From Alphaproteobacteria bacterium (GTDB lineage: Bacteria; Pseudomonadota; Alphaproteobacteria; GCA-2731375), in NCBI GenBank assembly GCA_965225945.1, contig CBDDBZ010000031.1, positions 32,001-96,000 of the forward strand: 64,000 nucleotides of DNA, read 5' to 3'. A program made the translations under genes and the position numbers. Below, piece by piece: positions 46,069-54,810 of the stretch. Below the pieces are notes generated by a model that had not been told where the DNA came from, did not search any database, and saw nothing but the letters and a program-made list of their open reading frames with translations. The stretch's first letter is position 1. Each line of letters starts with the position of its first letter.

Positions 46069-46169
46069 TGAGTTGAGCGGTCGAAAGCCGCTATGGACGA
46101 CAGTCAGGGCTGACCGGGATGAAGCAGGCGGAAGAGTTTTGATCATCTGGGAACAATCGAGAGGCTCGC

Positions 46170-46481
46170 ATGGCACTTTATCTGAACGAGGTATGGATGA
46201 AGGATCCCAGCCCTGAGACCTTTCGTGAATTCATCGAGGTGTTTGGATCGCTTCGTGGCCAAGCCGATACCCTTGGACTGACTTCGGAGATCTTTCAACT
46301 CGTCGCGGGGCCTTGGATGTCGATCGAAGAGGCAAAGGTCATCTTTGTTTTCGACGCGCCCGACGTGCGGGCAACGCTTCCTGCATTCGGTGCATTGATG
46401 GCGAAGGGGCTGCTGAAGAAACGACGCCTGACGCCGATGGTCGATTGGAGCGAAGCGGCGGAGTTCGTCAACGGGCTGTGA
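46170..46481 (+). CDS. Hypothetical protein, DUF3303/GYD-like dimeric alpha-beta barrel
   Basis: 103 aa, GAGAGG RBS; pattern MALY...W...GPW...K.IFVFDA....TP.VD resembles that fold (by eye). Confidence 0.65.
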   Translation: MALYLNEVWMKDPSPETFREFIEVFGSLRGQADTLGLTSEIFQLVAGPWMSIEEAKVIFVFDAPDVRATLPAFGALMAKGLLKKRRLTPMVDWSEAAEFVNGL

Positions 46482-46501
46482 ACGCCGGGCCTTTTTAGAC
46501 C

Positions 46502-46691
46502 ATCTTCTCGCCTAAGTAGGCGCTCAAAAACGGTGGTCTACGTGAAGTCACAAAACCCCTTTCAAAACATAGGCTCATCCACAGAGGAAACAAATCGGAT
46601 ATACTCTTGAGCCGAGTGGCCGAAGTTCGGCCTCCCGGATGACTAAGGTCGCCGGTGGCCGGCACCTGGTTCGTCGTGGCATGGCCCATTT
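46502..46691 (+). repeat. Junction repeat R2 (117-bp core plus about 70-bp extension shared with R4)
   Basis: ATCTTCTCGCCTAAGTAGGCGCTCAAAAACGGTGGTCTACGTGAAGTCACAAAACCC...TATACT...CGAGTG...GGTTCGTC...ATGGCCCATTT. Confidence 0.88.
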
Positions 46692-46712
46692 TCTCCGCTG
46701 CGGCGAGGCTAT

Positions 46713-48518
46713 CTAGCGTTTCGACAGCTTGGCGAGGGTTGCGAGGAGATCGGCCCGTTCGTCGGTTCCCAGTCGATCTAGGTCAAGGCTGGCCAAACGA
46801 TCCTTTATCGACGAAAGCTCATCGTCCCCTCGTTGTCCGTCATCGACCACTTCGCTTGGATCGAATGCGACCTCAAAGGTCTCGATTTCCCCGGCAATGC
46901 CCTTAAGTTCCACTGGTTCGCGCGATCTCAATTCGAAACCATCGTTGATGAGGACCCGAGTGGCTTTCGATATAAGAATGGCATTCGGCTCACACGCTTC
47001 CTGTAACCTTGCAGCGATGTTCACTGGCGTGCCAATGATCGTGTAGTCGAGGCGGTCATAACTTCCAAAGTTCCCTACAGTACAATAGCCGCTGTTGATG
47101 CCGACGCGAATCTCTAGAGGCTCCATCAAACCAAACTTGGTAAATTCTGGTTGAAGCGACGCCATACGGCGCTGCATCTCTACAGCCATATTCACGCACC
47201 GACTGGCATCCTCTTCGTTGCCTAGAGTCTCGGGATCGCCGAAGAATGCCATGATGGCATCTCCAATAAACTTATCGATCGTAGCGCCGTGGGCTCTGGC
47301 AATCTCGGTCATGGCCGAGAAGTAGGCGTTGAGGATGGCCGAAAGGGCCTCAGGTTCCAGTCGTTCCGTTTTCGGCGTGAAGTTTCGCATGTCCGAGAAG
47401 AAAATCGTCAGGTGTTTGCGCTCCGACCGGATCTCGGCATCGAATTCGCCATCAAATATCGATTTATATACCTGCTGGGGCAAATACCGGGCCAGCTTGG
47501 TCGAGACCTCCTCTACCAGTCTCTTCTGCACAGCCAGTTCTTGGTTGGTGGTTTTCAATTCCCGTGTCCGCTCGACGATTCGCTGCTCCAGGTTGCGGTT
47601 TGTGGTTGCAACGCCGGTGATGTAGTCGTTGAGCTGCCATATGGCACTGTTTTCCTGTCCAGCTGATTGCGGCAGCGCCGGTTCCCTGTCGTCCAGTGAG
47701 GTGATGCCGTGGTTCATCAGCGGATGGTAGATGTCCGCCACCTGACCGTGATAAGCCCGCGCATGTGCTAAGCAATAGACGTAGCTGGCGCCGCAATGCT
47801 CTGCCGGCACCAAGCCTTCGTAGCCAGGTCCATCGTATCCCGGATTATGGACGAACTTATCCATGAATTCTTCCTGGCTCATGCCCCACAGGCTCGGAAA
47901 GCGAGACCTGTTGTTGCGCACCAAGGGCGTGTCGACGATGCCCGGCACGAAGCCGAAGGCACTAACGCCGCTGTCATCCCCGAGCTCGCCGGCCAGCGAC
48001 AGTACCATCGACTTTTGACCAGCCATGGCCGAGGCCAAGTAGGCGCCGTGCGTCAGCGCCTCCATCGCCACGGTGTTGGCGATGACACCAAATCCATTCT
48101 CCCGCATGCGCGGCAGGACGGCCTGAATCAGAAATGCCGACGCTCTGACGGTAGTCTGCAACAGTTCGTCCCACTCCTCGACCGAGATATCTTGGAAGAA
48201 CCCAACGCGCAGCTTTGCGGCGTTGTTGACCAAAATGTCCACTTGACCATGTTCCTTGAGGATTTTGTGTTGGAACTGATCCAGTGCGTGCAAGTCGCAC
48301 AAGTCAACCTGTTCGAAGACCGCGCTTCGTGAATTGCCGCGAATGTTCGCGGCGACCTCCGCTCCCGTCTCAAGGATATCGACGAGAACGACATGCGCAC
48401 CCAAATGGGCCAAGCCGCGCGCCACTTGCTCGCCGACGCCACTCGCAGCGCCCGTCACGACGGCAACGCGACTTCGGAATGTATCTGGCTCCAAGCCCAG
48501 CCGGCCGAGCAATTCCAT
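46713..48518 (-). CDS. SDR (Rossmann) domain - coiled coil - class III adenylate cyclase fusion
   Basis: TGAASGVG, DILVNNAA, PGIVDTP; LEQRIVERTREL linker; FSDMRNFT, KFIGDAIM, RVGINSG, DYTIIGTPVNIAARLQ in one uninterrupted 601-aa ORF. Confidence 0.9.
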   Translation of the reverse strand: MELLGRLGLEPDTFRSRVAVVTGAASGVGEQVARGLAHLGAHVVLVDILETGAEVAANIRGNSRSAVFEQVDLCDLHALDQFQHKILKEHGQVDILVNNAAKLRVGFFQDISVEEWDELLQTTVRASAFLIQAVLPRMRENGFGVIANTVAMEALTHGAYLASAMAGQKSMVLSLAGELGDDSGVSAFGFVPGIVDTPLVRNNRSRFPSLWGMSQEEFMDKFVHNPGYDGPGYEGLVPAEHCGASYVYCLAHARAYHGQVADIYHPLMNHGITSLDDREPALPQSAGQENSAIWQLNDYITGVATTNRNLEQRIVERTRELKTTNQELAVQKRLVEEVSTKLARYLPQQVYKSIFDGEFDAEIRSERKHLTIFFSDMRNFTPKTERLEPEALSAILNAYFSAMTEIARAHGATIDKFIGDAIMAFFGDPETLGNEEDASRCVNMAVEMQRRMASLQPEFTKFGLMEPLEIRVGINSGYCTVGNFGSYDRLDYTIIGTPVNIAARLQEACEPNAILISKATRVLINDGFELRSREPVELKGIAGEIETFEVAFDPSEVVDDGQRGDDELSSIKDRLASLDLDRLGTDERADLLATLAKLSKR

Positions 48519-48663
48519 ATGACCCTCCTGACCACGGAAGTTAATCTAGTCGCGCCGACTGGGCGATAGGTCTCGAACTGGATATACCACGACTCGCCCC
48601 CTCCGCCTCGGTTCGTCGGCTTCCACCAGATTCGGGCATCTCGCATCGTGCCAAGTTTCGAAT

Positions 48664-48706
48664 ATATTCCCGCCTCAGTAGGCGCTCACAAACGGTGGTT
48701 TCCGTT
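48664..48706 (+). repeat. Junction repeat R3, left part (continues at 51514-51586)
   Basis: ATATTCCCGCCTCAGTAGGCGCTCACAAACGGTGGTTTCCGTT; rejoined length 43+73=116 bp. Confidence 0.88.
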
Positions 48707-48747
48707 GATTGAGCAACCTGATGTGTGGAAATTCGGAACGCCGTTGA

Positions 48748-49959
48748 TCAGTCATCCTCTGCTTTCCAAGTGATGTAGGGTTTTTCGGTGGTTTCCCATT
48801 TCTCGTCGATTTCGACGAGGATGGCGGTGACCAGACGTTCGAGCGAGGCCTCGTTGGGAAAGACCCTGACCTTTACGGTGCGGCGCTTGATCTCCTGCTG
48901 GATGGATCGCTCCATGGGGTTCGAGGTTCGCATGCGCTTTTGGTGGCGCTCGGGCAGGGCGAAGACGGCGAGGCCCTCGGGGATCGCCGTCTCCAGCCAA
49001 TCGGCGAGCTTGGGGGCGCTGTCGCGGTAGGCCGCCACCAGATGGCCCAGCTCGGCCTCGGCGGCCTTGCCGTCGGCGGCGTTCCAGACCCGGCGCAGCT
49101 CCTTGCCGATGGCCTTTCGGATGGCGAGGTTGGGGGCGTGATGGATGGCGTTTTGAGCCAGATGGTACTGACAGCGCTGCCAGACGGCGCCGCCGAGGAC
49201 GGCCTTGCGCGCGGCGCCGAGGCCTGGATGATCATCGGAAACGATATAGGCGACACCGCGCATGCCACCGGCAACCAGGGTCTCCAGGAAGGCGCGCCAG
49301 TGCACTTCGGCCTCGGAGAGCGCACAGGAAACACCGAGCACCCGGCGGCGCTGGTCGGGGCCGATGCCGATCACCGAGAGCACGGCGGCGTCGCGCACCA
49401 CGCCACCCTCTCGGACTTTCTCATAGCGCGCGTCGAGGAGCAGGTAGCGGATCTCGCCCAGCGGCCGGTTGCGCCAGGCATCCAGCTCCCCATCCAAGAG
49501 CTTGGCGGCGCGGCTGACCTGGCTCGACGACAGGCTCTCCAGGCCGAACTCGCGCATCACCGCCTCGGCGTCACGGGTGGAGACGCCTTTGATATACATC
49601 TCCGCCACGGCCAGCATGACAGCGCGGCAGGAGCGCCGTCCGCGCTCCAGGGCTTGGGGGTAAAAAGGCGCCTCATGACCGGCGGTCTTGGGAACCTCGA
49701 GCCTCACCGTACCGGCCGGGGTGTCGATCTTCTTGGGTCTGGTGCCGTTGGCGTATCCCCGCCGCTCGGGCGTGCGCTCATAGTGGCCGGCGCCCAAGAA
49801 CCTCTCCCGCTCGATCCGCATGGCGAGATTGAAAAGGCCGGCGAAGACCGTCGCCATGTTCTCGCTACCGCCTTCGATCAATTGTTCCACCAAAGCCTCG
49901 ACAGCGCTATCCTGGTCTTTCCGCATACTGGTTCTCCATGTTTGTTTGGACGCTTTCAT
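48748..49959 (-). CDS. IS256 family transposase (copy 1)
   Basis: GYANG, EMYIKGVSTR, LLLDARYEKVR, VSDDHPGL, WQRCQYH, RTSNPMER; same protein as 56590-57801. Confidence 0.95.
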   Translation of the reverse strand: MKASKQTWRTSMRKDQDSAVEALVEQLIEGGSENMATVFAGLFNLAMRIERERFLGAGHYERTPERRGYANGTRPKKIDTPAGTVRLEVPKTAGHEAPFYPQALERGRRSCRAVMLAVAEMYIKGVSTRDAEAVMREFGLESLSSSQVSRAAKLLDGELDAWRNRPLGEIRYLLLDARYEKVREGGVVRDAAVLSVIGIGPDQRRRVLGVSCALSEAEVHWRAFLETLVAGGMRGVAYIVSDDHPGLGAARKAVLGGAVWQRCQYHLAQNAIHHAPNLAIRKAIGKELRRVWNAADGKAAEAELGHLVAAYRDSAPKLADWLETAIPEGLAVFALPERHQKRMRTSNPMERSIQQEIKRRTVKVRVFPNEASLERLVTAILVEIDEKWETTEKPYITWKAEDD

Positions 49960-50019
49960 GGATAACCAAAATGACGGATCGCCCCGCGCCGGGGTATACC
50001 CCGGCGCGGGGCGAAGCCA

Positions 50020-51470
50020 GGGGATGTCCCGGGCTCTGTTGAAAAGCTGAAGTAGGCGTCGTCCGCCTGGAGCCGCTAGGCTCTGGGTGCTGATTCCATC
50101 AAGGAGAACGACGCCATGACCAAGACTACACGCAACGACCGTTCCTCGGAACCATCCTGTCGGCTCTTGCCATCGATGCCGGAGGCCTTCGACGATCTGC
50201 GCATGAGCGTCGATCGCTTCTGCCTTTTGGCGGGCCTCGAGTCTTTGAACGAGATGATGTCGGCGGACGCGGAAGCCTTGTGCGGTTCGCGCCACGCCCG
50301 CTCGGGCGAGCGCAAGGGCCATCGATGGGGCACGACCCGGAGCGAGATCGCCTACCACGGCGGCAAAGTGAAGGTCGAGCGCCCTCGGGTGCGGGACTTC
50401 GCGGGTCGGGAGATGAGCCTGCCGAGTTGGGAGCTGCTGTCGGAACCCGAACTCTTGCAAGCCTGGGCGATGAATCTGATGGTGATCAACGTCTCGACCC
50501 GCAAGTATGCCCGCGCGGTGCGCCTGCCGGACGATGCGGGCGGCGATCTGCCGGCGGCATCGGGTGACGCAACCTCGAAGTCGGCGGTCTCGCGCCGTTT
50601 CGTGGCGTTGACGCGAAGCAAGCTGAAGGCCTGGCTGGCGAGCCCGCTCGACGATCTCGATCTCGTGGTGCTCCAGATCGACGGGCTCCATGTCGGCGAT
50701 CACCTGATGGTGGCGGCGATCGGCATCGACACCGGCGGCGCGAAGCACGTGCTGGGCCTGGCCGAGGGCGCGACGGAGAACGCGGCCACGGTGCAAGCCA
50801 TGCTCGACAACCTGATCGAGCGCGGTCTCGATCCCGAACGGCCTCGGCTCTACATCGTCGACGGCGCCAAGGCGCTCTCGAAGGCGATCCGGCGGACCTT
50901 CGGGCGGGCGGCGGCCCTCCAGCGCTGCCAGGTGCACAAGGGGCGCAACATCACGGACCGGCTGGACGAGAGCCTCCATGCCGGCGTCAGGAAGGTCTTG
51001 CGGCAGGCCTGGCAGCAGGACGACGCGGCCAAGGCCGAACGGCTCTTGCGCAACCTCGCCCGCCGTCTGGAGCATGACGCACCCGGCGTCTCGGGCTCGA
51101 TCCTGGAGGGCCTGGACGAGATCCTGACCGTGATCCGGCTCGGCCTCCCGCCGCAACTTCGACACTCGCTGGCTTGCACCAACGCCATCGAGAACGCGAT
51201 CGGCACCGTCCGGACGGTGCAGCGGAACGTCAAGCGCTGGCGCAACGCCGAGATGGCGCTGCGTTGGACCGCCGCCGGCCTCTTGGAGGCGCAAAAGACC
51301 TTCCGCCGCCTCAAGGCCTACCGCCAGCTCCCCGTCCTTGACGCCGCCCTGCGGGAGGCGGTGAGAAAGGCCGGAGCAAAGTCCGTCATTGAAGACATCG
51401 AGGTGGCCGCGTAGCCTCTCGATCAGACGATGCCTATCTCGCACTTTTCAACATTGGGCGGGACATCGCC
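50020..51470 (+). mobile_element. Second IS256-family element nested in the left end of copy 1
   Basis: TIRs GGGGATGTCCCGGGCTCTGTTGAAAAG / GGCGATGTCCCGCCCAATGTTGAAAAG; TSD CGAAGCCA at 50012-50019 and 51471-51478. Confidence 0.93.
50116..51414 (+). CDS. IS256 family transposase
   Basis: VSTRKY, SKSAVSRRF, LQIDG, IVDGAKAL, QRCQVHKGRN, TNAIEN. Confidence 0.94.
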   Translation: MTKTTRNDRSSEPSCRLLPSMPEAFDDLRMSVDRFCLLAGLESLNEMMSADAEALCGSRHARSGERKGHRWGTTRSEIAYHGGKVKVERPRVRDFAGREMSLPSWELLSEPELLQAWAMNLMVINVSTRKYARAVRLPDDAGGDLPAASGDATSKSAVSRRFVALTRSKLKAWLASPLDDLDLVVLQIDGLHVGDHLMVAAIGIDTGGAKHVLGLAEGATENAATVQAMLDNLIERGLDPERPRLYIVDGAKALSKAIRRTFGRAAALQRCQVHKGRNITDRLDESLHAGVRKVLRQAWQQDDAAKAERLLRNLARRLEHDAPGVSGSILEGLDEILTVIRLGLPPQLRHSLACTNAIENAIGTVRTVQRNVKRWRNAEMALRWTAAGLLEAQKTFRRLKAYRQLPVLDAALREAVRKAGAKSVIEDIEVAA

Positions 51471-51513
51471 CGAAGCCAAATTTCCAGACCTCACGCTACA
51501 CAAGCTTTCCGTT

Positions 51514-51586
51514 AATTCACAAAACCCTATTCAAAACATGGGCTTATCGGCGCAATATCCGAAGGGGTATACTTCCCTGGCGAGTG
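51514..51586 (+). repeat. Junction repeat R3, right part
   Basis: AATTCACAAAACCCTATTCAAAACATGGGCTTATC...TATACT...CGAGTG. Confidence 0.88.
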
Positions 51587-51774
51587 GTGGCATTCAGGTT
51601 TCTGGGCAACGCTCACCCCGTGATCTTCTGTGCATGCTTCCACACGCCGTCGCCGCGCCCACCAGTGGTGTTGAGCCGGTGCGAGATTTTCCTCGTCGAT
51701 ATTGATCCTTATCCGTCCATCGTCGACCATTGGGCGATTCGGCTGAGCGGTTCGCCTGGCCGCTCGACCTGGGG

Positions 51775-52764
51775 ATGCCCCATGCAACGACGAAACGAGC
51801 CATGCCGGCAGCGGAAAAAACGATACGTTTGACGACGACACAGATGGCCTGTCTTGACGCCTTGGAGGAAGGCCTCCAAACCAAGACCAAGATCGCGCTC
51901 CATGTCGGGCAAAATCTGAGAAACGTCGCCGCCGCCCTGGAAATCCTTCGTGATGCCGGGCTGGTCGAGCACCGCGACGGCAACATCTGGCGACCGCTCG
52001 GGCGGAACCGTCACCGCGCGATCGATGTCGTTCCCGCCCCGAAGCGTCGTGGTCCTGGCCGCCCACCGGGAAGATCTGCCTCGGATACGGCGAATCGCAT
52101 GCTCGCCGCTCTTGAGCGGCCTCGCCACGGCCGGGCGTTGACGAAGCACCTCGGCGTCGCGCGGCAACGTGTGCATCAACTCATCGTTCAGTTGCACGCC
52201 GAGGGGCTCGTACGGATCGGCGATCCGGAAACGCCGATGCACATCATCGCCAGAAGTGAGGACGCCTCGATTCTGCTGACCCGTGACGAGGAACGCATTC
52301 TCTCCGCAGTTCCGGAGCGAACCTCCGCGACCGCGCCCCGGTTGAGCGTCGCCACGAGAGTGCCCCACGACCGCCTGCTCGCCATGATATCGGCACTCCA
52401 AGCCAAGGGTATGCTGGAGCAGGTCGAAACCAATCGAGGGCAGGCGTCGTACCAATTGACGGCCGAGGGTCGAGATCATTTCCAACGTGATACGACCAAA
52501 CCCATGGCCACGCCGCTACCGCTACCGGTCAGATCGCAACGAGTCTTCGATGTGCTTGGCTATATCTCCGAGCTGGGCGAGGCGCGGATCGTGGAAATCG
52601 GGCACGCCTTCGGGATCTCGCAACAAATCATAAATGGCCTGATGCAGTCTCTGAAGAGCAGGGGATTGGTCGAAAAAAAAGAAGGCGATCGGTACGCCCC
52701 ATATGTGTTGACCGACGATGGAAAAGCTACCTTGGAAGGGCTGGTGCGCAATCATTCACGTTGA
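51775..52764 (+). CDS. Protein with about four tandem winged-helix (MarR-like) domains
   Basis: Four units ending L...GLV/GML (LRDAGLV, LHAEGLV, LQAKGML, LKSRGLV), two followed by Y.LT..G wings; start uncertain (51730/51775/51802). Confidence 0.75.
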   Translation: MPHATTKRAMPAAEKTIRLTTTQMACLDALEEGLQTKTKIALHVGQNLRNVAAALEILRDAGLVEHRDGNIWRPLGRNRHRAIDVVPAPKRRGPGRPPGRSASDTANRMLAALERPRHGRALTKHLGVARQRVHQLIVQLHAEGLVRIGDPETPMHIIARSEDASILLTRDEERILSAVPERTSATAPRLSVATRVPHDRLLAMISALQAKGMLEQVETNRGQASYQLTAEGRDHFQRDTTKPMATPLPLPVRSQRVFDVLGYISELGEARIVEIGHAFGISQQIINGLMQSLKSRGLVEKKEGDRYAPYVLTDDGKATLEGLVRNHSR

Positions 52765-52994
52765 ACCGCAGCCGCAACGGCATCTCGTTGCCGACGAATT
52801 TGTGGACCGTCAAGGCATAGAAGCGCTCACCCAGGTAGGCTATGGTTTCCGCCGTATTTCCCAACTTCGCCGCGCCGGTGGAAATGGTGGATTCGGGGGT
52901 GAGGATAGGAGGCGACCAAGGGCGGATGCTCGACCCGCCGCTTCCCGCCGACGGCATAAATTCCAGGCATCACTCCTCAACGCACCGTGTTGAG

Positions 52995-53183
52995 ATGTTC
53001 CCGCTCTGGTAGGTTCACAGAAACGGTGGTCTACGTGAATTCACAAAACCCTATTTAAATCAGTTGGTTATCCCCAGGCAGGCCAGATGGAGTATACTCC
53101 TGCCGCGAGTGACGGAGTTTCGGCTTTCAGGGTGACTCCGGTCATGGGGGCCGTCGCCCGGTTCGTCCGGGTATGACCCATTT
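52995..53183 (+). repeat. Junction repeat R4 (117-bp core plus extension shared with R2)
   Basis: ATGTTCCCGCTCTGGTAGGTTCACAGAAACGGTGGTCTACGTGAATTCACAAAACCCTATTTAAATCAGTTGGTTA...TATACT...CGAGTG...GGTTCGTC...ATGACCCATTT. Confidence 0.88.
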
Positions 53184-53317
53184 AAGACATCGAGTACGAT
53201 GTGTGAAGCGGGCGTATCAAGCGGATAGACAGTCGTCGTCGAAGCGCTGTTCCAGCGGCTCTGACAAATTAAAATCGACCAATATCCCCCGCCCCCGATC
53301 ATGCGGTCGGATTATCG

Positions 53318-54574
53318 TTATTGCTTGTACGGGTAGACGATGGCGCCTGATTTCACGCTCTCCGGATAGAGCACGATGCGCTTGCCGGCGTGCTTGAACT
53401 GTTCCAAGTCGTTGGGCGCGACGTCGCGGAACTGAACCAGCAAGGTCCGCGTCTTCGCCCACTCGCCGTTCTTGCCGAAAGTAACGGGACCGACCACCGT
53501 TTCGAAGGTCGTGGCGTGGATGTATTCGGCGATCGCCTTCTGATCGAGGCTGCCGACCGCGTTCACCGCCTGACCGAGAACCTGCAGGTAGGCATAGGCG
53601 AAGGGCGGCAGGTAATGCCCCAGGGGATCGACCTTCTTGCCCTTGGCGGCGGCCTGGTACTTCTTCAGAAAGGCCTCGACGCCCTCGAAATCGAGGGTCG
53701 GCTCGGGCACCCAGAAATCATAGTTGACGATGTTGTTCAGCATCGGGCCCAGGTTCTTCTGGATTGCCGCGAACTGCAGGCCGACCATGCCGCCGCCGAA
53801 CATCTTGGCCTCGAGGCCGAGTTCGTTCGCCGCCTTGACCAGGCCGACCGAGCCATGCGGATAGGAGCCCATGAAGACGAGATCGGCGCCCGAGGCCTTG
53901 ATCGCCCGGATCACCGGCGTCAGGTCGCTGGAGCCGAACGGGAAGGTCTTGTCGTAGACGATCTCCAGGCCGACTTTTTCGGCATTGATGCGAGCGCCCG
54001 AAACGACGTTGCGGGCGAACTCCGCGTCCTCGGCCAGCAGCGCGATGCTCTTCGGCTTCGGACTCTGCGCCATGGCCAGCGCGAAGAATCCCCGGGTCGA
54101 GTCCACTTTGGGCACCGGGCCCGCCGGTAGGATCTGGAAATAGCGGTCGTAGTCGAAGCGGTCGTTGACGGCGAGCCCGAACAGCGCCATGAAAACCAGC
54201 CCCTTGCGCATGACGATGGGCATGGCCGGCGAGATCACGTTGGTGCCGTAGCTGGAGACCACCAGATCCACCTTGTCGACGTTGAGAAGCTTGCTGTAGA
54301 TGCCGGGCACCTTGGACGGCGTGGTGGCGTCGTCGTAGTAGACGAACTCGACCTGCCGGGCGAGCAGGCCGCCCTGCTTGTTGACGTCCTCGCGCCAGAT
54401 TTCCATGGCGATCAAGGCCGCCTTTCCGGCGCCCGCGAGCGCCCCGGTGAGCGCCATGGAGAAGCCGATCTTGAGCGGCTCCGCCCCCCGCGCCACGACC
54501 GGGGCCAAAAGCAGGGCGGCGACCAGCGTCCCGCCGAGCGTCATCATCCGGCGCGTGGTCGTGAAATTCTCCAA
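53318..54574 (-). CDS. ABC transporter substrate-binding protein (branched-chain/aromatic, LivJ-like)
   Basis: Signal peptide, LKIGFSMALTG, N..GGLL.R.VE.VYYDD, TVVGPVTF; no permease adjacent. Confidence 0.92.
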   Translation of the reverse strand: MENFTTTRRMMTLGGTLVAALLLAPVVARGAEPLKIGFSMALTGALAGAGKAALIAMEIWREDVNKQGGLLARQVEFVYYDDATTPSKVPGIYSKLLNVDKVDLVVSSYGTNVISPAMPIVMRKGLVFMALFGLAVNDRFDYDRYFQILPAGPVPKVDSTRGFFALAMAQSPKPKSIALLAEDAEFARNVVSGARINAEKVGLEIVYDKTFPFGSSDLTPVIRAIKASGADLVFMGSYPHGSVGLVKAANELGLEAKMFGGGMVGLQFAAIQKNLGPMLNNIVNYDFWVPEPTLDFEGVEAFLKKYQAAAKGKKVDPLGHYLPPFAYAYLQVLGQAVNAVGSLDQKAIAEYIHATTFETVVGPVTFGKNGEWAKTRTLLVQFRDVAPNDLEQFKHAGKRIVLYPESVKSGAIVYPYKQ

Positions 54575-54810
54575 AATCGACTACCACCCCCGTTGCTCGA
54601 TCGGGCCGGTGCCCAAATAGCGCTCCCGGGCTGGTGGCGATGGTAGCACGAAGCGGGCCAGCGGCCGCATGAAGTCGCCTGGAATATAGACCAGGGCGTG
54701 ACGTTGGAGCCGGCGGCGCGCGCTGGCCGAGGGACAAAACAGCCGGGAGCGGGGGAGGCTTGCGCCTCCCCCGCTCCCGCTCGGATACACCGCTCTCCTC
54801 CGCGGCACCT

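Larger units (their letters stand above)
48707..51505 (-). mobile_element. IS256 family element copy 1 (1340 bp) with a second IS256 nested inside
   Basis: Imperfect TIRs GATTGAGCAACCTGATGTGTGGAAATT / GCTTGTGTAGCGTGAGGTCTGGAAATT; TSD TTTCCGTT at 48699-48706 and 51506-51513. Confidence 0.93.

Noticed and set aside
48748-51444. 898-aa minus-strand ORF as a giant transposase
   Set aside because: Artefact: the antisense frame of the nested IS256 happens to run in frame into the copy-1 transposase.
45953-53183. R1-R4 as CRISPR repeats or integron attC sites
   Set aside because: Too long and degenerate, spacers are whole genes, no cas or intI, and no attC-type terminal boxes or long palindrome.
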